Origin: Octopus sinensis | Lineage: Eukaryota | Assembly: GCF_006345805.1 (NCBI RefSeq) | Contig: NC_043010.1 | Location: 3,844,001-3,908,000, forward strand | Direction of reading: 5' to 3' | Length of the DNA stretch: 64,000 nt | Shown here: in pieces, positions 53,511 through 64,000 of the stretch | How the letters are laid out: every line of letters starts with the position of its first letter | Numbering within the stretch: position 1 is the stretch's first letter | Notes under the pieces: model-generated | Databases searched by the model: none | The model's input: only the letters and a program-made list of their open reading frames with translations | Told to the model about the DNA's origin: nothing | Position numbers and translations under genes: made by a program

Positions 53511-55065
53511 AGTTATATATATTTTCTTACCATTCTCTATAATTTCTTATTATTTTGTTTTCTTATTTTGATACCTTTACCTATCAACCTCTTATCTCTT
53601 ATAAGGTATTAATGTTCTTAAAGAGAGATATAAACTTTCTAGTTACTTAAGTCTATGAGAGTTGATTATAACATACCCAAAATAAAGTACAAATATTTGT
53701 GTATATTTGCATGTGTGCACATAGTTAAATATATGTATGTATCTGTGCAAAACTTGTTTTTTCTGATAGTCTTAATAAAGAACCCAAATGTAGATGTAGT
53801 AAAGATTGTTTGCCAATATAACATGGCAGTCCCAGTTTAGGACGAATGTTGCTGTAAAATTAGCCCCAGGAAACATCTTCTCCAGCTGGCTATACGACAT
53901 GATCTGTGTCCTTATATTTTCAAACAAGGAAATCTAGCACCCCAACTCAGCTCAAAACAATATCTGTGTATCATGATTTCCAGATTATTCCCCTTCTGAA
54001 GTACTGTTGGTGAATATCTCACATTGTGAGATTTAAAAATAGTAATTTTCCAATGTAGATATATATCTACTTCCCAGCCTTCCATTCATTACCACCATTC
54101 AGTATCTGCGGTACTCTTATTACTACAGTCTGATCCTAGAGTACACTTTGTTGCAAGCGTTCACCCTGGGTTTTAGGTTTGAATATAACTTCCTTCCACC
54201 AGTCACGAAACCTGAAAAGTTTTTATAAGTACTGTCTATCCTCCCCTGACTAAGCTTCCTACAAGCACACCATAAAATTAGGAGCTCACAGAAGCAAAAT
54301 AGTGGTACTTTTGTAGCAGTCTACTGTAACATTACAACACTTATACATGAGTGTATATTTTACATACACACACACACGTGCACATGGGTGCACACACACA
54401 AGCAAACATTCATTCAGAATTAATATAGTTTTTTTTTGTTTTTTTTTGTGACAAATCAAAATATCTATAGAAATATTTTAAATCACTTAATGGCCAAAAA
54501 CTGAAGAGTCGTGTAGTACATTAATCCACACCCTAAAAAGATCAAAAATTCTCTTTTGCTAAAGTGCATCAGATGTTCGCTATTTTTGCCATCATACATC
54601 AAAATGGCTAGCAGATGAGTGACAGCCTTATACAATGATGTTTCAACTACATCAAAGGGTGTTTTTTTTTAAAGTTAATGTGCACGTATGTTTTTGTTTT
54701 GTTTTTTTTTACCCTGTATATAAATATAAAATTTCTTCATTTATTTCATTGCTTGCTTGAAAAAAAAATCAGTAAAACACGAAGCTAATAGATGCAATCT
54801 ATGTAATTCTAGCTGGAAATATAAATTAATGTTTGATTCTACACAAACATACACACACATTTATATGTGTGTGTACGCATTGCATGAATTTACAGTTGCT
54901 TTCATGGTGAACATTCCATTTATTTGATCAATGGGTTATAATATGAGTGGCTGAATATTTCATGTCCACAAGTACTCTCATCACAATGAAGAGACAGAAT
55001 CAAGGTGACACTGTATGTCAATTCTGGCCATTTCAAATACAGGTGTAATACTTGGGTTGACCTAG

Positions 55066-55089
<24 letters not shown>

Positions 55090-55097
<8 letters not shown>

Positions 55098-55395
55098 CAC
55101 CATCCGTTCGTGTCCGTTGCCAGCATCGCCTGGCCCCGTGCCAGTGACACGTAAAAGCACCATCCGTTCGTGGCCGTTCGCCAGCTCTGTCTGGCACCTG
55201 TGCAGGTGGCACATAAAAAACACCCACTACACTCGCGGAGTGGTTGGCGTTAGGAAGGGCATCCAGCCGTAGAAACACTGCCAGATCTGACTGAAGCCTG
55301 ACGAAGCCTTCCAGCTTCACAGACCCCAGTTGAACCGTCCAACCCATGCTAGCATGGAAAGCGGACGCTAAATGATGATGATGATGATGATGATG
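55090..55395 (+). mobile_element. Family A RTE-tail element
   Basis: aaaagcaccatccgttcgt subrepeats, core, (GAT)n tail. Confidence 0.9.
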
Positions 55396-55399
55396 ATAT

Positions 55400-55712
55400 A
55401 CATATATATATATATATATTACATATATACACACATATATGTGTGTGCGTTTGTGCACACGTGCTTCTGTGTATATATCTCTCTCTCAATCTATATGTGT
55501 GTGTATGTGTTTGTGTGTGTGTATATATATATATATATTTCTATGTAGACTTGGCAGTAGGGCATGATGCAAAAGGCTAAAACTGAGCTGAACAAAAGCA
55601 TCAAAGTCTTCCACTTTCAATGTTAAAAATAACAAATAAAGGATTTTACAATTTAGTCTGTTTTTAACACGGAAAAAAAAAAGACAGCATCAAAACAAAT
55701 ATATCCATTTAT

Positions 55713-55763
<51 letters not shown>

Positions 55764-55915
55764 ACACACACACAAACACACACACAACACATACATACAA
55801 TTACATGTGCAATGTGTGCATGCGTCTGTGTGTGTGTGTGTAGATATGTATATATATATACACATGCATATATATATATATATATACATACATACATACA
55901 CACACACATATATAT

Positions 55916-55948
<33 letters not shown>

Positions 55949-55990
55949 CACATACATACACACACACACACACACACATATATATATGCA
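55400..55990. repeat. (TA)/(CA)/(TG) low-complexity block
   Basis: Direct inspection. Confidence 0.9.
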
Positions 55991-56192
55991 ATGAAAATGA
56001 AAGTGAAGTCCGTGTACATCAAGTAACTAAAAGTTCAAAAGATAAACATGGATAAACAACCTATTTCATCAAGCAACTTTCTATCTAGACTCATTACCAT
56101 ACATGGCTCATTAGAAATACTTGCTGAGATACTTATAATTCCTGATGATTTAGAGTATGCTTTATTCACTCAAATACTCAGTGAGGTCATAC

Positions 56193-56264
56193 AAAAAGGT
56201 GTCCATAACCAACGGTTGTCGTTGCAGTAATATTGTAAACTGTTATAGAGGCAAACGAGATACA
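56193..56264 (-). CDS. Candidate exon encoding a K+ channel pore-loop-like peptide (CISFASITVYNITATTTVGYGHLF)
   Basis: TTVGYGH selectivity-filter-like motif; TAG acceptor at 56267-56265 (alternative CAG acceptor would start the exon at 56239); TTT|GTATGA donor. No other channel exon found. Confidence 0.35.
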
Positions 56265-56561
56265 CTAGATAAATAGATAGATAGATAGATAGAGAGAGAG
56301 AAAGAGAGAGAGAAAGAGGCAAAGAATTAGAGTGACATCAAATTAGAGGACTAGGTCATGAGAGTTATAGAGAGTGTCTTTGCAAAGTTCAGCATGGGAT
56401 AAATGTTTCATGGCTTTCCAGTCTTCAGACTTAAGTATAATTCATTTGTGAATATCTAAATATGTAACCCCACCCCATGCACACATGTGTGTGTCTACAT
56501 ATATTTATACATATGTATATGTGCGATATATTCATATTCACATACATGTGGTGGATGAATA

Positions 56562-56593
<32 letters not shown>

Positions 56594-56675
56594 ATATATA
56601 TATATATGTCAGTCCCGGGCTGAGTCGGGGTTAACCACAGTAAATAAGGTACTCAATACATAGCAGAGTAAAGTA

Positions 56676-56751
56676 ATTTATTTTATAGAAGGAGCTTCTT
56701 CAGGACTAGAACTGTTTCAAGTCCTGTAGAAGCTCCTTCTATAAAATAAAT
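56676..56751. repeat. Perfect 32-bp inverted repeat with 12-nt spacer in a pLTR-like segment between (TA)n tracts
   Basis: Arms 56676-56707 and 56720-56751 checked base by base. Confidence 0.92.
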
Positions 56752-56769
56752 ATATATATATATATATAT

Positions 56770-58630
56770 ATAGAAAAACATAAAGAAGTGATTCCCAGCA
56801 GATTCACAGTGCTATTTATATTAGACACAGTCAAACTTATTCTAGAAAACAACACATTCTTCTTCAATGGAAAGAATTACATCCAAATTAGAGGCACAGC
56901 GATGGGAACGAGGTTTGCTCCCGTTTATGCCAACTCTACCAAGAGGTGGAGGTAAACTATAGCACTGGATTTAGAAAGTATATTGAAAAGGCATGGAAGA
57001 GATACCTTGATGACTGCTTCATAATCTGGACAGAATCTCTAAATACTCTGGAAGAGTTCAATATCCTCCTGAACAACCTACACCCATCTCTCCAATTTAC
57101 AAAGGAGATGAGTAGTACAAAGGAGATGAGTAGATATAATGGTAATTAAAAATGACACCACCATCACCACAGATATATACTATAAACACACAGACACACA
57201 TCAATACCTAAATTTTAAGTCGTGCCATCCACCACATACAAAATGCAACATCCCATACTGCCTAGCCAGAAGAATTTGTACCATTATAGAAGATGCAAAT
57301 ATCAGGAACAAATGCCTAACAGAACTAAGAGAATTTTTGCTCAAACAAAAATACCCATCTCTACTTATAGAAAATGGCATACAGCGGGCTATAAAAATAC
57401 CCATACAACAACTTAGGACAACCCAAAGAAGAGGAAAACAAGAACAAGTCATACCATTCATAGTGACACACAACCCATGTCACCAGAATATCTTCAACAT
57501 TGCCAAAGCAAACCTACCAATCATTGCCCAATGTAATGAATTAAAAGACATAATCACGGATCAAGCAATGGTTCTTAGTAAAAGATAGCCTAAAAACTTG
57601 AAAAAATTACTAACAAAGGCAAAATTTGACCTTAGCAACAAAGACCAAACATTCACTGTATCTAAATGCAATGATAGCCATTGTGGCACATGCCAATTCA
57701 TACATACCGGCCAATATATAAACACAAAAACCGGGAAAATATTCACAAACGTGAATATGAACTGCAAAAGCAGAAATTTAATTTACTGCATCAAATGCCC
57801 AAATTGTGAAGAAATATATGTAGGTCAGACGAGAAATGCACTATCAGAACGCTCATGTGTACACCGACAACAGATTAGAGACCCAGAGGTCCGTCAGATA
57901 CCTTTGAGTAACCACCTAGCAACATGTGGTCAGAAAATATATATAATATTTCCATTCTACAAATTACACAGCCGAAGTGAAATCGAGAGGAAAATCAGAG
58001 AAAAGAATTTTATTGATAAATTCGAACCCAAGCTAAATAAGCAATAATAATAATACTTAGATAGCAGGAAAATTATCTTATTTAGGGTTAAAAGTTCTAT
58101 TGCCACCACCATCACCACTAGCAACAATAATTAAGATGCTGACAATGATGATGATGACAATTGAAATATAAAAATATAAAGATCTCTGACAAAGGCTATT
58201 TACAACATTTCTAAAAATAGCCCAACAATTAAGGGTTAAGATACAGGACTCTTGACATGTCCAACAAAGCGTGACGCCTAAACCAATCAGCTCAACCAAC
58301 CAATTAGCTTAAGTAATTGAGTGATACTACACACTGATTGGTCAGAATACAGTTTGCAAAACCTAGCAGTCTGGAGCCCACACAGGTGTATTTAAGGCAC
58401 AGATTCAATCATCTCGCTACAGTCAAAAATTGTGAAGCAATGAACCTGAAGATTGAACTACTACATGAACCTGAAGATTGCAGAATTTAATGCATGAAAG
58501 TACTAGTTCGATCAGAATGAACATTTAACATTCTATTATTTTATTTTATTTTATTATATTATATTATATTATATCATTATAAGATTGTAAATAAAACATG
58601 AAAATCAGACAAGGTTGGAATTCCTTTTAT
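56770..58630 (+). mobile_element. Penelope-like element: RT (internally deleted, frameshifted), GIY-YIG endonuclease, 3' pLTR with HHR
   Basis: [88 protein letters not shown]. Confidence 0.93.
58466..58510 (+). ncRNA. Minimal type-I hammerhead ribozyme in a PLE 3' pLTR
   Basis: TGAAC-CTGAAGA(58471-77)-T-TGCA(GAATTTAA)TGCA-T-GAAA-GTAC-TA-GTTCG; palindromic stem III AGTACT; CUA triplet. Confidence 0.78.
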
Positions 58631-58655
58631 TTATATATATATATATATATGTGTG

Positions 58656-59915
58656 TTGGGTCATCCCATAAATAAGATGTTTTTTTTAATACATCTTTTA
58701 TTTTTAAAAATTAATATAAACAAAGTTCTTTTTTAATCTAAAATATACTCCTCTTCACTTTCTACAATGCTCTTCCATCTAGCTGGTAGATTGCAAGGCC
58801 CCTCTCCCAAAATTCACTTGTCTGTGATGTAAAAAACTCCTCTAGTACTGTTCTGACTTTGCCTACAAAATTCATATTTTTCTGTCCAAATGATTTTGAA
58901 GACTGCAGAATAAATAATAATCAGATTGGGCAATGTCCAGCGAATATGGTGGGTGGGACATTGTTTCCCATCCAAACTGCTCCAGCCTTTGGAATGTCAT
59001 CCTCACTGTTTATGGCCAAGCATTATCCTGATGGAAGAACACCTTTCGTCTTGAAACCAAAGACGGTCATTTTTCTTCTAGCAATGACTTGAGCCACTAA
59101 AACTGTTTGCAGTAGATCTCCTTTGTTATCATTTGGTTTGGGTTTAAAAGTTCATATCCCACCAAACAGATAACAACACCTGACGTGGGTGAAGACTTTC
59201 TTTAGCCTGGGTTGCCGGAGTTTATTCTTTCCCTACCCACTGTCTTCAGTGCTTGACATTTTTATAGAGAACTCATTTCTCGACACCAGTCACTATTCAA
59301 TCTACAAGAAGTTCAGTTGTGAGACGTGACAGCAGAGAAGAGCACACATTCACTCTCTGCAAGCGATTAGACTCAGAAAGTTTGTGAGGAACCCATTGAC
59401 CCAATTTGCTGACTTTTCTGATGGCATGCAGGTGTCAATGAATGACCAAATCAAAGTTTCTTTGCTAGTTCTTCAACAATTACGATGGGACTTTGTTCCA
59501 CAAGGGTTTGCAGCATGTCCTCGTCAAGCTCTACAGATCTTCCAAGATGAGGTTCATCTTCTAGGTCGTAGTTTCTGGCTCGGAATGTTTGGAACCACCG
59601 TTGACTCTGGCTTACATTTATTGTCCGATCCCCATATACTGCATTAGTATTCCTCGCACTTTCCATTGCATTCTTGCCTTTATTGAACTCATAAAACAAA
59701 ATATATCAAATATCCTCCTTTGTCAATTCCATTATAGCTTTGAAAGAATAACTGTTAAAATCGAACTGCACTCTTCAAAACTTGCACTAAGAATAAGGAG
59801 ACAGTAAAATTACTACCTGCTTTTATAGCAAGTTGATGCAGGTAGTTTATCCCATTCCCCTCTGACTTTTAGTTCATGTATTTGAGAAAACTGCATTATT
59901 TATGGGATGGCCCAG
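58656..59915 (-). mobile_element. Near full-length (~1.26 kb) decayed mariner with TIRs
   Basis: TIRs TGGGTCATCCCATAAATAA / TTATTTATGGGATGGCCCA; MFYEFNKGKNAMESARN...WFQTFRARNYDLEDEPH; frameshifts. Confidence 0.9.
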
Positions 59916-60317
59916 TGTGTGTGTATGGGTGTGTGTGTGTGTGTGTGTATATATATGTGTGGAAATGATTTATGCAAAGGGACAGTAAAACTTGGAACAC
60001 ATCTTGTCAACTATGTCAACTAAAATTAGTGTAGTTTTAGTGCATTTGAAAGCTACTTCTCTTGCCATGCCTGTGATGATAAATATCTTGATGTGATAGT
60101 GATTATAAAGGAAAAAAAACTGAATGTAGATGATGACATGTAGATGAGATAGAAAACCATGAAGCAAAACAGGTAATACACTTGAAAGAAAATACACACA
60201 TGCACAGATGCACACACAGACTCACATGCATGCACTCATAGTAGTCTTTTCACCAGATATGGAAAAACAGTGGAGTCACCTAGCGCCAGTGTGAGGAAAG
60301 TAAACTGGTTCTTTAGT

Positions 60318-60545
60318 GAAGGCGGTGAGCTGGCAGAAACGTTAGCACGCCGGGCGAAATGCGAAGCCGTATTTCGTCTGCCGATACGTTCTGAGTTCAA
60401 ATTCCGCCGAGGTTGACTTTGCCTTTTATCCTTTCGGGGTCGATTAAATAAGTACCAGTTACGCACTGGGGTCGATATAATCGACTTAATCCGTTTGTCT
60501 ATCCTTGTTTGTCCTCTGTGTTTAGGCTCTTGTGGGTAGTAAAAA
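60318..60545 (+). mobile_element. SINE family C, full length
   Basis: Matches 17081-17313. Confidence 0.92.
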
Positions 60546-60741
60546 AAAAAAAAGGTTCTTTGTGATGTTCACCACCTCAATGATGGTTGCTACCACTGAC
60601 AAGGCCAGAGGAGTAGTAACATGGACTTTAAAGACTCCAAACTTTATGTGGTGCAAACTATGTTGATTCTTGTCTCCATTGCTGATGAGGAAGTGTTTCT
60701 ACATCTTATTCTCCTTGCCTATTGATTGCTTCCATGTCCCA

Positions 60742-61155
60742 CTTTACTCTTTTACTCTTTTACTTGTTTCAGTCATTTGACTGTAGCCATGCTGGAGCAC
60801 TGCCTTTTAGTCGAGCAAATCGACCCTGGAACTTATTCTTTGTAAGCCCAGTACTTATTCTATCGGTCTCTTTTGCCGAACCGCTAAGTGACGGGGATGT
60901 AAACACACCAGCATCAGTTGTCAAGCAATGCTAGGGGACAAACACAGACACACAAACACACACACGCATATATATATATATATACATATATACGACAGGC
61001 TTCTTTCAGTTTCCGTCTACCAAATCCACTCACAAGGCTTTGGTCGGCCCGAGGCTATAGTAGAAGACACTTGCCCAAAGTGCCACGCAGTGGGACTGAA
61101 CCCGGAACCATGTGGCTGGTTAGCAAGCTACTTACCACACAGCCACTCCTGCACC
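60742..61155 (-). mobile_element. SINE family B, full length
   Basis: Reverse complement of family B. Confidence 0.92.
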
Positions 61156-61261
61156 ATTGATCCTCATTACTAGATTTCTTGTGCACTCTGCATCCTAATA
61201 CAACTATTGGTGGTTTTCCTCTCTCACTGGAACCATTTCATCTTTTCATTCATACATACTT

Positions 61262-61550
61262 ACTCTCTCTCTCCCCCTCTCCTCCTCTCCTCCCCTCTCT
61301 CCTCCTCCCTCTCTCTCCTCCTTCTCCTCCCCTCCCTCCCTCACTCTCCTCCCCTCTCTCCTCCTCTCCTCCTCTCCTCCCCTCTCTCTCCTCCTCTCTC
61401 TCCCTCTCTCTCCTCCTCTCCTCCTCTCCTCCCCTCTCTCCTCCTCCTCCTCCCTCTCTCTCCTCCTTCTCCTCCCCTCCTCCCTCACTCTCCTCCCCTC
61501 TCTCCCTTTCCTCATCTCTCCCCCCCTCCCCCTCCCCTCCCCCCTCTCTC
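61262..61550. repeat. Homopyrimidine/homopurine (CT-rich) tract
   Basis: Almost exclusively C/T on the plus strand. Confidence 0.95.
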
Positions 61551-62044
61551 ATTTTGTCTTGCTGGCAATTACTGTTCCTTTCCTTCTGTCTTCTTCCCTA
61601 CCCCCTTCCCTCTCTTCTTTATTAATTGCTCTTATTGACACATCTCCAACCCTGCTCTTTATCTTTCTGTGTCTCTCTCTCGGCTTCCTTGTGTCCTGCT
61701 GTTGCTGATCCCTTGGCCGAACCCAACACTCCATTCCTTCATTTTGTCTGTTTTCTTTTATACTTCCCTCTTATCTAAAGTATTATATAAATCTTCTTAT
61801 TTTTCTTTATGCTCACACTTACATACCATTGTTTTCAGTTCCCCCTTGAAAGACTATGATATATATTTATACTTTTTATTGAATTGTACTTGTATCTCTG
61901 TCTATAAGTTTCTCCTCCATTTGAATGTTGGCCAGAAGTGTTGTACCATGGAGTTTATATCGTTTGGTGATTCCAGTTCCCATGACTGACAAGAGATGTT
62001 CCATGTTTTATTGTCCTTTTCCATTAATTGTTTCTATGCTGGAC

Positions 62045-62260
62045 CCCCCTGGAACCTGTACAGGTGGCATGTAAAAAGCACCCACTACACTCGCGGAGTG
62101 GTTGGCGTTAGGAAGGGCATCCAGCTGTAGAAACTCTGCCAGATCAGACTGGAGCCTGATGCAGCCCCTGGCTTCCCAGACCCTGGTCGAACCGTCCAAA
62201 CCCGTGCTAGCGTGGAAAACGGACGTTAAATGATGATGATGATGATGATGATGATGATGT
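62045..62260 (+). mobile_element. Family A RTE-tail element
   Basis: Core and (GAT)n tail. Confidence 0.9.
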
Positions 62261-62505
62261 CTCATTTGGAATTTTCACCTTGATTTCTGGTGCACACTTC
62301 ATTTGAGTATTGTATCTCTCTGTATGTAAATATATATGTATTATTGTGTATATCATAGTTTTAAAATTGGATACATTACATTCCTGCATGTTACAAGAGT
62401 TGACTGCAGAAATAGCATTCTGTTGTAAAACACTGCCATAGATAACTTATCCAACCCATTCCAATGCAGAAAGTGAACAATAAGGATGATGATGATGATG
62501 ATATA

Positions 62506-63282
62506 CAGGGTGTGATGGGTAAATTATCACCATATCATATTTTTAATTTCATGCATGCACATTGTTTGTTTTTGATTTTTTCGACTACACTGTAGAGTAG
62601 GGTCAGTTGGGCACCGTCTGTGAGAAAATCAGCACCATGACACAATTCACTCTGCCAGAAATTTGGAAGCGACATGCTGTACTGCTTGGCATTTGCACTG
62701 GAAGCTCTAATATGAAGATTTCAGAGTGTTTGGATATTAGTCTGAGGACACGAACTCCCGGACTTCCCACACAGACTCAGACTCAACATGGTGGCCTACA
62801 TCTAGTGCCTAGAGGAGGTAGTGCTGCCCTGGGTTGAGAGGGTGGCTGCTGGAAGACCCTATGTCTGGAAACAGGACTCTGCACCATGCCACATGAGCAG
62901 GAGAACCCAGTGATGGCTGTTAGACAATTTCTGTGCCCACATCATCCCTAACATCTGGCCACTTAACTCCCCAGACTGCAGCCCCCTTGATTATAATGAG
63001 TGAGAGACCAACCAAACTCCTTGTAACACCAAAGATGAACTGGAGGCAAGGATTATGGCTGCATTCACTGACTTAAACAAGGAGACTGTCCAGATGAGTT
63101 GTAAGAGATTCCAAAGTCGTATGGAGGCTGTAGTTGAAGCCAATGGTGATTTTATTGAATAATTTACTGCTTAGTAATTCAAGACATTTTTTTTGTAATT
63201 TTGCTAAATATATCTGTTGAAATGAGATATCAGTGTTATTTTCATTTTTGCATAACTTAGACAACAGTTTATTCACCACACC

Positions 63283-63285
<3 letters not shown>
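62506..63285 (+). mobile_element. maT/DD37D Tc1-mariner internal-deletion derivative, 780 bp
   Basis: TA flanks; termini CAGGGTGTG / CACACCCTG; WKQDSAPCH...WPLNSPDCSPLDY with 37 residues between the 2nd and 3rd D. Confidence 0.85.
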
Positions 63286-63344
<59 letters not shown>

Positions 63345-63420
63345 ATAATATTAGGGAATAAATCCAAATTTACAGGGAAAAATCAGATTTAGGATTAAAT
63401 CCAATTTTATAGTAAAATAT

Positions 63421-63768
63421 TATATAATATAATTCGAGACAAAACCACTATTTTGCAAAACAAACAAGGAAAGACTTAATCAATACATAAAAATTTTTAA
63501 TATAAAGAAATAAACCGCCACTACAATCGTTTCATGTCTTCAATGACATTCGTCAGGTGGATTTTCGATCTCCTAATCTGTTTTAATTTATGAAGTCATA
63601 AATTAAAACAGATTAGGAGATCGAAAATCCACCTGACGAATGTCATTGAAGACATGAAACGATTGTAGTGGCGGTTTATTTCTTTATATTAAAAATTTTT
63701 ATGTATTGATTAAGTCTTTCCTTGTTTGTTTTGCAAAATAGTGGTTTTGTCTCGAATTATATTATATA
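63421..63768. repeat. Perfect palindrome, 173-bp arms with 2-nt spacer (63594-63595), from a head-to-head PLE pLTR
   Basis: Arms 63421-63593 and 63596-63768 are reverse complements; left arm extends to ~63340; (TA)n on both sides. Confidence 0.95.
63629..63671 (+). ncRNA. Minimal type-I hammerhead ribozyme (mirror copy on minus strand at 63518-63560)
   Basis: CCAC-CTGACGA(63633-39)-ATGTC(ATTGAA)GACAT-GAAA-CGATTG-TA-GTGG; intact core, GUA triplet. Confidence 0.85.
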
Positions 63769-63911
63769 TATATATATATAAATAGATATAGATACACACA
63801 CGCATAGACACATATACACATATATCATTAATAAGTATTGGATGTATGCTAAAATACTCATTAGAAAATCCAATGAATTTAATCTAATTAACCTATAGTT
63901 TTTTTATGCAG

Positions 63912-64000
63912 ATGTAAAATGTATGCAGGAGTTAAAATCTCTTATCATTTACTTCACACAAAGAAATGAAGAAGATTATTCTGACATGCTTCATGTCTGC
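63912..64000 (+). CDS. Candidate coding exon running off the window (xVKCMQELKSLIIYFTQRNEEDYSDMLHVC), product unknown
   Basis: Branch-like CTAAT/TTAAC, poly-T tract and GCAG acceptor; stop-free, protein-like frame to the window end. Confidence 0.45.

Noticed and set aside
54490-54665. Minus-strand open frame FDVVETSLYKAVTHLLAILMYDGK
   Set aside because: Weak splice signals, no start codon context, no homology recognised.
56395-56435. Minus-strand CTGAAGA-CTGG(AAAG)CCAT-GAAA HHR-like string
   Set aside because: Only 3-bp stem II, no stem I complement, no pLTR context.
61179-61638. Pro/Ser/Leu-rich and Glu/Arg/Gly-rich ORFs
   Set aside because: Artefacts of the CT-rich tract.

Overview
AT-rich, repeat-saturated eukaryotic (animal) genomic DNA. 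The SINE, RTE, Helitron and MITE families and the (TA)n/(CA)n/(CAT)n load point to a coleoid cephalopod, most likely Octopus (inference from recall, no database check). Most ORF-track entries are translated microsatellites or SINEs. Recognisable content: Penelope-like retroelement (PLE) fragments with RT and GIY-YIG motifs; minimal type-I hammerhead ribozyme (HHR) motifs from several PLE pseudo-LTR families, including a perfect 348-bp palindrome carrying two mirror-image HHRs; RTE and R4/Dong LINE fragments; mariner DD34D, maT DD37D, rosa DD41D and pogo/Tigger remnants; five copies of a non-autonomous Helitron; piggyBac- and Merlin-type MITEs; three tRNA-derived SINE families and one RTE-tail short element. 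A CpG-enriched, probably bidirectional promoter with clustered IRF/PRDM1-type motifs lies at about 13.9-15.5 kb. No host gene could be named; only isolated candidate exons were found, one resembling a K+ channel pore loop. I found no clearly new biological system. The best leads are the (TA)n-embedded fold-back HHR mini-elements and the IRF-motif promoter.
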